NCBI RefSeq assembly: GCF_964194025.1
Contig: NC_134480.1
Coordinates: 13,826,001 to 13,890,000 of the forward strand
Source of the DNA: Convolutriloba macropyga
Taxonomy: Eukaryota
Length of the DNA stretch: 64,000 nt
Direction: 5' to 3'
Shown here: piece after piece, positions 34,254-48,100 of the stretch
Numbering within the stretch: position 1 is the first letter of the stretch
Layout of the letters: each line of letters opens with the position of its first letter
Notes under the pieces: model-generated
Databases searched by the model: none
Seen by the model: only the letters and a program-made list of their open reading frames with translations
What the model was told of the DNA's origin: nothing
Made by a program: the position numbers and the translations under genes

Positions 34254-37200
34254 TCATTGAGTATAAAATATAGCGTTTGGGGGGTTTACAAACGGAAGAT
34301 CCAAAACATTTGGCATTATAGAATTTCTTGTATTGGTTAAATGACTCTGATGAAGCCACTGGAGAAGACTGGCATTAGTCTAGAAACGCGAAGCGGACCG
34401 AGATGTTTGCCAGAGTTTCGAAATAACTTTAACAGAGCCACGTAATCATTTTGAAACACGCGTTGTGCAAGTTCAGTCAATAACGTTTTACTTGCAAAAG
34501 TGATTACGATTTTTGATTGCGAAGAGAATATAGCTTTCGGGTTATATGCCCCCATCCAATTAGTGCTTATAGTTACACCCACATACTGCAATTGCACGCT
34601 CGTAGCAGCACGCCGATCACCATTTTGGAGGTTAGGTCTTAAATGATTTTTGGGAACAGAAATTATACTATTACTGCATAAAAGACAGAAATATCACTTT
34701 TGCAGACAATCAGCCCTTTTCTTTCCTAATGAACCATTTTTGATATTTTGACTTTTGAATCAATTTTTGGTCTTTTCCGTTTGTAGTTTATGTCCCCAGC
34801 ATAGTGGCTGCATATTGAATGCAACCCCCAGACGAATTTGCCATATTTTTTAAAAATGATTTACAATATAATAGCAATGCTTTGTAACTGGGGAGAATAA
34901 CCTACTTGGGGCCACAAACGAAGATTTTTTTCTGCTATAAGTATAAATTGCATTTTATACAATGTTCTTGTTTTTTTTTAAAAAAAAATAAATGAAAAAG
35001 GTTATTTTTCCTCCATAAAAGATGGCAGACAAGTTTACAACACTAGCAAAAACGAACTGCGAAAACCTTCAATGGTTGAAAAACCTTTGGGGAAGATTGA
35101 TTGAAGTGTGTGTTTGAAGTGAGAAAAGAACCGGATACTGTCTTCTACGGAACTGTGATTCACATGTTCTTTTTTGGGGCTCTAAATACCAACGGATATG
35201 TTCCGCTTGCGTCCCCATCTTATTGCCAGCATAAAATTTGCAAAATTATTCAATATGTAATAACACGTGCTCTGTAGCTGAGGGGCGACTTACGTACTGG
35301 GGACACAAACAGAAAAGTTTCGTAAAAGCTGTACATTTGTCTTAAGTGAAAAGAACGTTTTTGCATGTTTGAGTAGTTTCAGATCTGGCACTGCATGAAG
35401 AAAGATCTGGCATTCTAAAATATGGTACTGTCAAGGTCTGGCATTCTAAACCTTGCACGTGAGTGTTTCAAGTATAGGTTATGTGAGTCTGATGAAATCA
35501 CTGAGATTGTCTGGCTTTAATCGAGAACCACAAAGCGGTTCGAGATTTTATGCCAGAGTTCCGAAGTGGCTTTAGCAGAGTGGCTTTTTTGAAACATGCG
35601 TTGGGTAAATTAGCTTAAAAACACCTTACTTGTAGAAAAGATTAAAATTTGTCTTTGCGAACGAATAAATTTTTGGGGATATACATCCCCTATCCAATTA
35701 GTGTTTATAGTTACACCCACATACTATAATTCCACTTTTATGCCAGCAAGCTAAACACCATATTGGAGGGTAGGATGTAGTTTTTGGGGAAACCAATAGA
35801 TGATAAAAACATGAAAATCACTTTGCAGACTATTAGCCTTTTTGTTTTCCTGATGAAACTATTTTGATGAACATTTTTTGACTTTTGAATCAATTTGGGA
35901 TCTTTCTCATTTCTGCCATAGTGTGTGCATATTATTTGCAACCCCAAGACGCTTTTCCGTGTATAGTGATAAAGCATATAATAGCAAAAGCTCTGTAACT
36001 GGGGGATCATAACGTACTGGTGGGTGGTGCACAAACGGAAGAGATCCCATTTCTGCTATATGTTTTTATTACATTTTATCCAATTGTTTTCATTTTTTAG
36101 AATAAAAGAAAAGTGTTAGTTTTCCTAATTAAAAGATGACAGACGGGGATACAACACTGGCAAAAACTAACTGTAAAAAACTTCATTAGCTGGAATGCAG
36201 ATAATATGCGTTCACTAAGCTGGAGAGGGGGAGGAGGGGTTGGTACAAACGGAAAAAATCACGATTGACACGTGCTCATTTAGTGGGGCTCTATGTAACA
36301 ACGGTACATTCAATGTCAAAGGAAGAGCACGTTTTTTTGTTTGACTACTTTAAGATCTGGCACTGTAAAATGGAAGATCTGACATTCTCAAGTCTGGCGC
36401 TTTTGAAATCTGGCATTCTAAAGCTTGCAAATGCGTGTATTAACATCTTATTATGGTTTTGACTTTGCTTTCATTGTTATGATTGAACAAACTATTGTGG
36501 GTTTGGGATGGAATTATCCAAAAAGAAAGTTTGGATTTTTTGCAGTTTGCCCCCAGCCTAATTAGTGCATATTATTTGCACCCCCAAAACACCATTTAAT
36601 GGCACGTGCTCTGTTACTGAGGGGTTACTCTAAAATATGTTTTAGAGAGGCATAGGGGCATGGAATTCCAAAATGTGGGGGGGGGGCAGATTCTAAGAAA
36701 ACCTTTCAAACAGATAGGAGAGCAACACTCCTATTTTATTCCCCCTAAGTAAATTTTATAGCTCCTCCCGATTCCAATCCAATCTTTTTGAACAGTTGTG
36801 ATTGTTTGAGAGAAAACATGCGCGTGGTTGGGTATAAATTTCAAGGATATCTTCCGTTTGTGCCCCAGATAAGTGGATGCATATTATTTGTACCTCCCAG
36901 TGACACTTGCAACAACTTACATAATGATTTACCATGTAATGGAAGGTGCTTTTTAATTGAGGTGCATAACGTACTGGGGGTTGGGGGCACAAACGTAAAA
37001 TATCCTTTGGATCTATTCTGTTTCGGCCCCCAGTGTTTTTTATGACCCCCCGTTACAAATTATATATTGCTATATAGAACGTTACTATGTAAGAAAGCAG
37101 CACGTGCGACTGGGGGTCATAAAAGATTTATGCTCACTAAGCTTGAAGGCGGCGAAACAGAATGGATCCCATCCCATTTATAATTTTTGCTTTTCAGAAT

Positions 37201-37352
37201 AAAATGGCGACCTATGATAATATTAATGTTTGTGCCCCCGCCAGTTACAGAGCACGTGCCCTTACATATTAAATCATTATGTCAAAACACTGCACGTGCT
37301 GTTGGGGGTGCAAATTATGAATGCCCACTAAGTTGGGGAGCATAAATGGAAG
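34186..37352. repeat. Cluster of nested/duplicated MITEs with TTCCGTTTGTGCCCCC-type termini, including an imperfect duplication with ~1.15-kb offset (34340-35070 vs 35485-36180)
   Basis: Termini at 34186, 34905-34925, 35290-35316, 36010-36040, 36850, 36985, 37228, 37335; related copy at 9040-9125. Confidence 0.7.
37009..37169. mobile_element. ~160-bp MITE with GGATC(T/C)ATTCTGTTTCG TIRs
   Basis: TIRs visible at both ends; a near-complete inverted copy lies at 44335-44485. Confidence 0.85.
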
Positions 37353-37559
37353 GGAATAAAAAAACTTCAAATTTCCACATACCACGCTTGTCGAACTATG
37401 TCAATATATATTTCATAGTGCAATTTTTTACTGAAAACAGAGAAATCTCAAGATTTATCGTACAGGAAATACTAATGAGAATGCACTCAGCTTTTTGTGA
37501 CGCTGCAAAATATCAACAAAAACAATTTCAGTGTAAAACAATTGGGTTACTGATATAAT

Positions 37560-40250
37560 TGTTCCGACCCACTCCATTGGGGGATGAACTATACACTCCA
37601 CTGAGTAATTTTTGTTCAGTCAATTGTCGCCTATTGGTATATCCATCGTACAGAGTTGAGAGCGGTATCATAAGAAAGCTTGACAAATGTAGACTTTCAA
37701 AAAATATATTTTTCTTGAATTTCGTTTTCTGCGAGTGCGAGGAGGTTTAATGTTTTGCGAATTATAGCGTAACTTCTGTTGTTTTAATCACATTTTAATT
37801 TTTGTCGTAAAATATGCCTCAACTTTGATTGGTTTATGCTAAAAACATTAAAAAAAAAGCTAAAGGTGGTCTCAATAGTTTAAAATTTGAAGATAAAGTG
37901 GAGCTGACTAAAAGTCTGAACCACTGTATTCGCTAAAAAAATTTTTGAAAATTTTGCATTATTGATATTTCCTTCATGGAATTGGCATCAAAACGCTTTT
38001 ATGGCGCACTTTGTCACAATTGAGATTTCAAAACAGCTGAAATAACTTTCATTAATTCAGATAAAGGCAATCTGTACCTTCGGTTCCTAAAAGTTTTCTG
38101 AAACTAACGTTTTAGCGATATTTCGCTAATTTAAATCGATATGTTTTAAAGAATTGAAACACTTATGTTTAATTTATCAAGTTTTTGTTAGCCAAAAAAT
38201 CTATCACGAATTTTTTGTCTTAAAATTGGGTTTTTTATCAGCTGGATGCCAAGGTCAACTTCAGTTCTTTTGTTTGTTTTTGCATTGTCAAAAAGGGTTC
38301 CTACTGTCCATTGGATCTGTCCTTTTGAACTACTTTTTCAATTTATTCATACTATTTGAAGGCAAGTGTGTTTTCAAATCAAACTTTAGCTGAAAAGAAG
38401 TTAATTTTATGTTCAATTGAGGTCCAATTATTTCTGGTTAAAGCGTATGGTGTTTATTGCTCGGACAAATTGTTTTTTGTTTTTTTTTAGATGAACTCTT
38501 GAGTTTTTCCAAGTTCTGTTGTTCGTTTTGTAATCTTTTAATTGAGTCTAATTTACCAAATGTAAAATTCAAAGGAGCTCGAAGGAGCTAGAACAAAACT
38601 ATCTAATGCTTTCAATTGAAACATAACCGTTTATGGATATTAGATCTGAATAATTATCCAAGAAACAACCTTTATTTTTGATAATTTGTCTTTTTGGTTA
38701 TATGTGCTCTTTCGGTAACCATTAGATTTTTTGTTTCAATGGAAAACCAGCAAAAATAATTCCACTTTTTGCCTTGTTGTTGATTTTCACATTTCAATAC
38801 ATTATCAGATTATAGAGGAAAGCTGTGCTTTTTAACAAAATATGTTTTGTTTTTTTTTTGTTTTTTTTTCCATGTTAGCTATAGACCGGAATGAATTCAA
38901 CTCAAATTTAGCTTCTAAAAAGTAAACTTAAATGCAAATGGAAAAAAAACTTAAATGATATTAAATGATATATTCAATGAAAAGATCATTTTTTTCCGCT
39001 TTAAAATATTTCGGGTAAAATTGTTTCCTAAAATTCGAGCTCTGTCTGTACTCGGTTTTGTTTTGTAGTATTTTGACTTAGTTTGACTAATGCTATTTCT
39101 GATTGGCTTCCTCGTTAGTAAAATGTTAGTCTATTTAATGATTGTTATTTGAAATTCAATGGTTAGTTTGTTTTCAAAATGAATTAAAGTTTTTTTTCGG
39201 ATTAGCAACTTTGAATCTTATATACGCTATTTTCAGCGTCATCTCAGCAGGGAGAAAAGCCACTTTCTGTTTCAAATGAGAAAAATAGTCTAAATTTATT
39301 TTAGTTTAATTTTTTTTTGGCTTTCATAATGAGAGTTTTCATAACTTTTTTTTTCATTTTTGTTCTTTTCCCGAAATTCTGAGGTTCTTTTTGCTGTCTT
39401 GTCCGATTACAAAATTAATAAAAAACCAGCAATCACCATACTTGAAATATAAGAAGTTGTTTTTTTGTTCCGCTTGGCTTTTTTTATTGATTACTTCATG
39501 ATCCTATAGGCTCGACGCCGTTTCCTCGCAAAATTGAAATATCTTTTTGACTTTTGACTGTATTTGTTCTTTTCGTTGTTGTATGACATTCCGGATAATG
39601 AAAAATCTGAATAGCTTCGTATGGAGCTATAAAAGGAACCATTTAAAGGTGTTGGTTGAGAGCAAATGGTTTTATGACTTTGAACAATTGTTTACAAATT
39701 GTAAAACATAATTTTTAACTTTGCCCCTTTTTTGTTTTTCGGTCTGTTTGTCAATTATTCGCCAAATTACTGATCGCTAGTTTATGATTGCTCCTTCAAG
39801 TCTCATTTCTTTTCTGGTGAAATGTAAGTCAATTGGTTTATTTTGCTTTTTGTCTGGTGCTTTTTTGACTTATTCGTTGGTTTTTTAATAAAATAGATAG
39901 ACATTGAGTTTTGGTCTTACGTAATGCTCGTTGTTTTCGGTTCAGTTCTGTTGTTTATCTTGTCTTTTGCCCTCTTTAATGGCAAGCTTCATCGGACCTC
40001 GACGGATTTGTTATTGATTTTGTCTAGTGGTTTGAGCTGAAAGAAATGTGCAAAATGAATACACCAATTATTTTCCAACAGTATATGAATTTTTGAAAGT
40101 TTTTTTTATCTTCTCCTCATTTGGTATATAATTAAGTCAAGAACGTGGATGAGCGATGTTGGAACATTAGGTGCAAACACACCATACCGAGCCTCCGTGT
40201 TTGTCGTTTTTGTTAAAAATGTCCACATTTTTTCAGACAGGCTGCACTAA
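37560..40250. mobile_element. Degenerate copy (left arm) of the long-TIR element at 45181-53170
   Basis: Starts TGTTCCGACCC...GAACTATACACTC like 45181; interior 40100-40200 resembles 47750-47835. Right boundary not determined. Confidence 0.55.
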
Positions 40251-43200
40251 TATTTATCAATTTCACAGAAATTTAGTTTAGAAAAAACTGAGAAAACGTC
40301 AAAAATCAATCGTTGATATTTTTGTTGCACTAAAAAGATTACAGAACTGAAATCGTGAGCAAGCATCATGATGTTTGCTAGTTGGTCATTGATAAAGATT
40401 CTTGCCAAGATGATCGCTAGTTCTTTAATTCATCGGTCACTAGGGTACTGATATTACAGACTGGGCAATTAAAATTACTCAGTATTGACGTGGCTTTAGG
40501 CCGAACATTGGCGGACAAAAATATGATTGTTTTTAGAAGATGGTTCTCAAAGCGCTGACCTGGTACCATCCTGACAAACAACAATCAAAAGATGGAAAAT
40601 TATGGGAGCTGATGTGTGAAGACATCTCAAGTTATCTCAACAGAATGCTTGAGAAAGTCAAATTATGAGCGGGTGGTTGACACAATGCCAAAGCGTTTAT
40701 TCTATCAGTAACATTTTCCAAACTGAACTTTTGTCAAAATGTTGTAAATTATTTCTTGAAAGTCACTCATAAAGTTTTTAACTATTAATTTAAAAAAACA
40801 TTTTGGAAAGTTCTGACCGCAACTAAGAGCAGTAGAACAACTGGACGGTATAATAGGAAGAGTTCCAGCATAAAATATATTTCTAAAATAAAAAACTCTG
40901 GGGTAGTGTTGGGGAGGGCACAGTTTGAATAACAGAAACACAAAACCCCAACCCGCCTTGTTTCTTGACCTAATTTAGGCTCTAAAAATTAATTTGTGCG
41001 GCAAGTTAACATAATAAACGCTGAAAATTCCCGACCTGCATTTCGCAGAATCATAATTGACTGAACAAAAAAATAGACATGGAAATGACGATGAAAGGGA
41101 AAACCAATTTAAAAAAATTCCGCTTGTGAACAAAACAATAGAGCCGCATGTGAACCCAAAAACAGCAGGACAAGTCCTGACATACATTTCAGAGAGTTTT
41201 CATTGACTAAACACAAAACTAGGCCACAAATGGACTATGACTTCATTGGGAAAACCATTTAGAAAATTATCCTACAAAAAAATTAAAAAAACAGTAAAAA
41301 TCAAACCGAAACTTCTGTATGTGAACAAAAAAAGACTAGCGAGAAAGCAAAGTTTTGTTCATACACCATTTTGTTACTGCACTTTAAACTTAGAATGAAT
41401 AAAATTCACGTCGCAAATCACTCGCTTTTTTGCTCCACTTCCTGTTTCGGCTTGACCAAATTCATCTCTTCAATTTGACTGCAAAAATCATGAAAATGTG
41501 TGATCAGATCTTTAAAAAAGACAACGCCCCATTACAAGTCAAATTCTTTGAATTTTAATAAATCATATTTTCTTATATATTTTAGAAGCGCAGATAAAAC
41601 CAAAACTTTTCATTGGTCCATTTGGTATCATAAAAAATGTTTGCGGAACAACACTAAATCAAAGCTGTAATAGGTCACAAATGTTGAAACAAAATAAAAA
41701 ATGCAAGAAATTGAAGTAAAAAGGTTCAAATTTCTCATTATCTGTCAATTTTCTCAAAAAAACTGTTTTATCTCATCAAAATTGCAAAAAAAGACATCTT
41801 TAATTTTCATTGAGCAATATGCGTCTATTCAATCTCCAGTAAAAGAAGAAACGGGCAAAAAATTGCTTAAACAGTTTGAAAACCACAAAAATGCTGCTAA
41901 ACCTACAAATGGATTAGAGTTGAAAGTAAGAAGCAAAGATCTTCAAACAACACAAAAACAATCAAAACGCTTAAATATGGCCCATTCAAACTCCTTAAAT
42001 AAAGAAACGGTCAAAACTAATGAAAGGGCGTAAAAAAGCTTCACTCGAACCCAAAAAGTTTGCTAGCCTACAGCGAAAATTTTCGCAAATCAACTTCTCA
42101 CTCAATCAAAAAGAGCGGTTTGAACAAAAGTCACTATCTTTTCTCTCCACTCTCCGATTTTGTTCAACAATCAAACCTCTCTAAGTTTTTCACGCATTTC
42201 TAATTCTTGCCTCAATTTCACTCAAAAATTTCGATTGAAAAAAGACACTTCTCCAATACTCTTCTTTGAGTTGTAATAAAACCAAAACCTCAATTTATGT
42301 CAAATTCATTAAATTGTTATAAAACGAGAGTACCATAATTCATTTTCGCAAAACTTTGAATGAAAATTTATGAAATTGCTTCTAAAGTCTAATAATACTT
42401 GTTGGCTATACATATTTTTACGCTTTCTGTTTTTCTTGGCATGGGTACGATGGCTGCAATACGCTGAATTATGCTCATTTAGATTTTTTGAGAGAGTCTC
42501 TTAAGAGTCGAAAGCTAAATTTTCAATATTTTACTAGATCACTAAAAGCCCTAAAAAGGGTATTTTTGTAAATTTTGCCAAGAATCTCATTAAGGAGCAG
42601 TCTGCTATTACCGAATGTATTATAGCAGTACAAAGCAGAAAAAAGCGAGCCAACACTAAATTCGCAATCGAATTGAATATCTTTTGTGTTTTGTAAGTTG
42701 GCAGTGTAATTTAAGTTGTCTTTCAAAAACACTTTAAATTGAAGAAAACAATAAATAAACTTGAACTTATTGCCAGTTTTTTGCAGAAAAATGATAAAAT
42801 AATGAAGTCGTTCAAAATTTAGTTTATGATCGGGGTTGTGGAAAATGACACTTCATCTGTGTTAAAACATATATTTTACTGTATAAGCCCTAAGCGCTCA
42901 AGAAACTTTCAGATACAAAAAAAAGTCCTTTAAAACAAATCGTTTTTCATAGAAAATCTGAGCTAAAATAAAACGTCAAGTTACGTCCACAAAAGCGGAA
43001 CATAAAATTTTGCATTATTTGCTTAATTAGAGAGACTAATGCTCTAGCCTAATTCAGTTTGTTCAATTCCGTGAATCAGCATTGTAAATTAGGTTTTTTC
43101 GTTTTGACTTTCAAGAATCAGTCATTGATTAAATTTAAGAAACATGGTCAGTTCAACTTCAATTAACAATTCGTAAAATTGTTTTATGGTTCATGCCCTC

Positions 43201-43859
43201 ATAATAACTGATTACAGTTAGAATTACTATTATAATTTTTTCTCGCTTGCCGCGTCGTACTTTTTGATTCTTTGTCATGAATTTTGATATGAACGGTCCT
43301 CGGTCCTTCAACAATATTTTCATTTAAAAATATTTTAATCAGCTTAACCTAACTGTATACTCTTCTTTTCTTTGTCTGCATTTACTTCTACATTCGCTGC
43401 TATTTTTTTTTAAATTTGCGTGTTCGGTTCTACTTTTGGCGAAATGATGCAAAATATTAAATACTAAAATCGTACTTATGACAGGTTCTTATATAATGAC
43501 AGTTTGAAATTGAAAGATCGTTGAAAAATTGAGCCACATAATCCGTAAAAGTTTGAAAAAGAAGTACTCTATAAGTTGATACATTGAAGAGCATACTGAA
43601 CCATCACATTTTTGGGCTAAATGCGGCTGCTAATGCGTTAGGTCTCAAGTCTAATTTCAGCGTCTGTCTGTCGGTAGTTCTGAGCAACAATGTCAATTTC
43701 AGTGTCAGTCTCTATGGTACAGGGTTTACTGTTTTATTTTGACAACGAAACAAGTTACAACGAAACCAGACTTGGATAAGATGCCATCATTGGTCGTTGA
43801 AAAGATTTAAAGCAGAGTTTTTCAGAGTTGCTAACTTCATATAAGCAAAATCTTCCACC

Positions 43860-43962
43860 CTTTTCTGTTTTTTGTTTTTTTCCCAGCTGTTTGTTTTTTC
43901 CCAGCTGTATGTTTTTGTTTTTTCCCAGCTGAAGTGTTTTGTTTTTTTTTCCCAGCTGAAGT
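43860..43962. repeat. Minisatellite TTTTCCCAGCTG x4
   Basis: Directly visible. Confidence 0.8.
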
Positions 43963-44334
43963 GCTCCAAAATTTGTCCGAACGAGCGCTTAATTTCCTGA
44001 ACGGCTCAATTATTTTCATTTTTTCAAATTTTGCCATTGAAAATGTCCGTTTTAATTGACGATTTAGCTAAAAAGTTTGCCTTCTAACTCCTTAAGGCAA
44101 CCTTTTGCAACCTTTCTAACGCAACGTTTTTTTTTGCGAACATAGTTTCTGCAACAAGTGTTGTCGGGCCTGTCAAAGAAGAAATTTTGGAAGCTAAAAA
44201 ATACTTCGATTAATTGCTAACTGTCTTCCCCACAAATGAACATGAAAACGATCTCTAGGAGTCAATGACGTCATTTCAAAATGCATTTGATATCCTAAAA
44301 TTTGATAATCCCCTAGCATTTGCTAAAAGAAACC

Positions 44335-44485
44335 CCCCCCGCCCCCCAGCTTAGTGAGCATAAATCTTTTATGACCCCAGGCGCACGTGCTATTTTCTTA
44401 CATAGTAACGTGCTATATAACAACATATAATTTGTAACTGGGGGTCATAAAAAACACGGGGGGGGGGGCGAAACAGAATAGATCC
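44335..44485. mobile_element. Inverted copy of the 37009-37169 MITE
   Basis: Reverse complement aligns over ~140 bp. Confidence 0.8.
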
Positions 44486-44570
44486 GAAAAAACTATAGAA
44501 GAAGGCATTGAATTTTATAATAACTAGTTTCAGTTATAGTTAACAATGTAATATAAATTGCTTAATGCTC

Positions 44571-45089
44571 TCACTGTTCAAACACAATTCTGGAAATCCA
44601 GTCATACGCGTGGGGAATACTGGCAAAGTAACTGCCCCCGGTACACCTTTGATCTCCGTACCGGGTTTGAAAGTTGTCATAGTGACTGGCGATTCCGTAC
44701 AGACAATCCGGAACCATACTTCCGCATTTCATAGCATACAACGGCGCGCCGTCGTCTCTTAAACACAAATTTGAGGTCTTATCACCAGGAAGGCGTTCTA
44801 CGCAAACAGTATCTTCTCGACATAACCGCATATCGTAAATATTACGCGACAAAAATTTGGTTTCTTTGAAGAGCGTCTCTTTTAGCCGAATTGGGTAGTA
44901 GGGTTTCTGGGCGAACGTGGATCCCATGCTGCATGTACCCAAAGTGGTCCCGTGCTCTTCCTCGTTTCGGCATAAGTCGATTGCATAATATTGAGCGTTT
45001 CTGATTGGTCGACGAAGTTGTATTAGGACAATGTTGTTCATTGGCTCATGTGAATCTTCGAAGCTGGAATAGTTGCATTGTTTGGTAGA
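44571..45089 (-). CDS. Trypsin-fold (S1) serine protease homologue, C-terminal exon, catalytically inactive; 5' boundary uncertain (AG at 45064-45065 or frame open to 45089)
   Basis: EPMNNIVLIQL (Asp102 position = N), CSMG, LKET, NLCLRDDGAPLY (GDSGGP position), CLYGIAS, YFASIPHAYDWISRI. Confidence 0.8.
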   Translation of the reverse strand, partial: STKQCNYSSFEDSHEPMNNIVLIQLRRPIRNAQYYAIDLCRNEEEHGTTLGTCSMGSTFAQKPYYPIRLKETLFKETKFLSRNIYDMRLCREDTVCVERLPGDKTSNLCLRDDGAPLYAMKCGSMVPDCLYGIASHYDNFQTRYGDQRCTGGSYFASIPHAYDWISRIVFEQ

Positions 45090-45180
45090 TTAACGTCTTG
45101 CAAGCTGTTGTTATTATGGCAAAATTTTGCAAGATTAAAATTAAGTCTGGACTACGATTGGAATAACAGTTCAACATTTT

Positions 45181-48100
45181 TGTTCCGACCCTCTTGAGGG
45201 GGGGGGAACTATATACTCAAATGGGTTTTTTTTTTGTTCCGTGAATTTTCGCCGCTCGATATATTCATCGTAAAGAGTTGAGACTGGTATCATTAGAAAG
45301 CTCGTCCAGCGTAGAATATGGAATTAAAAAGATTTTTTTAATTTTCATTTTCTACAGGGAGTTATCGAGGTTTAAACTTCTGAGAAAAGAGGAGTGAATT
45401 CACGTTGTTTTTATTCACATTTTCCGGAATTTTTGCCTAAATTTTCGTCAATTTTGCTAAAATTTGTTATAATTTTTAAGAATAGTGTCGTTGATTTTAT
45501 TTTTGAAGACGAACAAGCATTGTTGATTGTTTTGATTTATTTTTTTTTGGTCAAAAAATCTGGATAAACATTTCAAAATTTAGCCTTTTTCATCAAAAAC
45601 AGCACGAAATAAGCTACTTTAGTCACTTTGATTAAATTTGCCGACAGCACACCCCTAAACAACACTCATACAACCTTTGTAGACTCAGAGGGGGGCTATT
45701 TCTACTTCAGAGTCCGCTGAGAGTGCACTGTAGTTAAAACTTTGCCGTTTTTTGCTAACTTTACTCGTTGATTATCAAAAATGCAGAATTTATTTTGAGA
45801 TTTCAACTAACAAATTATCTATATCTACAACATTCGAAAAATCAATTGTTCCGAACGGACAATAAGTATTAGCAGGGCTAGTTTTGGGCGATTCTTGGAC
45901 TGTTACAATCCAAAAAAAATCGGGTTGTAATCAGTCGGTCTTTTTTTTAAAAAAAAGACTTTTTTTAATAATAAAGAACAGAACATATCAAATCAAAGCT
46001 CAGGAGTGATAGGTCCAACCAATTCGCTTGCTCAACAGCTCCAAGTTAATGCATTTAGTTTTTTAATTGAAAGTTTATGGTCGTTTCTTTTTTTAAAAAT
46101 AATTGACTTTTCAATAAATAATGGCTTTTCCTCTATTTTTTTCTTAATTTGTTCAACTTTCAGCTTAGTGTCAGCAAAGAAAGACTGCTTCTTCTTTCTA
46201 CTGAGTTAACATTTATTCTTGGTTGCAGTTTTAAGCCTGAAGTTATTGTTTTCTGGCTTTGATACTACAAGATTTCAGATTTTTGTTTGTTTTGATATTT
46301 GCCAGTTTTTCACGTTTTCTAATTTTGTCACATTATCACATTATTGACAGTTCTCAGTTCACCTTATTAGCATTCACAATAAGGCACAATTGAGCAGATT
46401 AAAATCGTGAAAGATATACATCATCGTTTTAAAGGCGTCAACGCCTCTTTCTTGAAGAAATCAATTGAATTTTTTAATTTTGTCTCTAACTGTCATTTAT
46501 ACTTTGTCGTTTCGGTCTTATGAAATTTCCTTTATAGTAATAGCTTTCATTGGCTTTTCATGGAAGAACAGAAAAACCGATATTCTGATATTAGTAGATA
46601 GCTGATGGCTTTCATGACTTTGAAAACAATCGTTTTCAAAAATTTAAAAAAAAATTTTTAACTTCGCAATTTTGTTCTTCTTATGTTTCTTTTTGTTACC
46701 TAATCTCGTTAGTTAATTACAGGTCAAATATGACATTATGGGTGTGAAAGGAATAAAAGGGATTGGTGTCCCAAAACCTTTTTTTAAAAGAATTTGTCAT
46801 GACCTTACTGGCTTCGACACCGGTTTTTCACAAAAAAAAAGTAAAATAATTTGATTTTTATCATATTTGACGTTCTTTTTGTAGATGCAAGAAATATTCT
46901 GGATAATTACAGGTCTCGAGGGTTTTTTTTCATGACTAAACGACCCTATTTAAATAGCTCTTTTTGTAATTAATGCCTTTCATGACATTGAATGTAATTT
47001 TGTTTCGAAAAAAAAAGTATTACATACTTTAGCACTTCGCTTTTTTGTCTACTTGTTACCTAGTCTTACTAAAGAACGGCCACGTAATACAATATAGCTG
47101 TTTGAAGAAAGTTCAATCAAATATATTTTGATTGCCAAAATTTGGCTTGACGGTTTTGACAGCGTTTTCTGGCAAGTTTCAATTGAAATTTTGTTTGTTC
47201 TTTGTTGTACTTTTTAGCCGCTTTAAAAAATGAATAAGGACAGGTAATTAATGCCCTTCTATAGAAGCAGTGGTAATTGTAAATTTGTGGTAATATTAAT
47301 TGATTCCTAATGGTTTTTATTACTTTGAAGTTAACTGTTTCAAAAAAATAAGTTAATTTTTTTACTTTACTGTTTTCGTTATTTTTTGTATAATTGTTAC
47401 CAAACCCTTTTATGGACTGGTCGCATATGTTTTCTGGTGATTTATAAGTTATTTTTGTTTAGTTTTAGGTTTATCTGACGGTATGTTGACTTCGTTAATA
47501 AATTTAGTTTTTAAGAGGGACATAAATTTTTTGATGTAATTAATGTTTGTTGTTGTTGTTGTTTGATTTTGCTGTTAGTCCTGACTCGCTTTCTTAATAT
47601 TGACATATTACAGCAATCTAATGCATCAATTTTTACTCCACTGAGTTATTTGCTTTGGAGGCTATCTTATCGTTCATACAGAATTTTTTGAAAAAGACTT
47701 GGGCTTTTTTGGGGTTCGCAAAAAATAATTTTTGTGTTTTTCTATCTGTTCCTCATTTGGTAGACAATTATGCCAAAATTGTGGATGGGCGGGGTCGGAA
47801 CCTTATGTGCCATCGCACATTACCGAGTCGCCTTGTTGATATAGATATTTCAAATTAATCTAGATTTTTGAAGAACGCAGGGAATTGAAAACATTTTTCT
47901 TTAAATGGGTTTATTTTCCAAACTTTATCACAAGTGATCTTTAATTGCAAAAAAATGGAGACATATAACCCCGATTTAAATTCCGCCACAAATCTGGAAT
48001 TCCGCCACAAGATGTAGTTCAGAATTCCGCCACAAATCAGTTAAAAAGGAACTCTGCGTGCTTAAAAAAATATGGATTAATATGTTAGGAAGAGCTATAT

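Noticed and set aside
37346-37558. Alternative terminal exon for the TPR-like gene
   Set aside because: Needs a frameshift and has no clean acceptor; the 30-nt intron solution at 33888-33917 is simpler.
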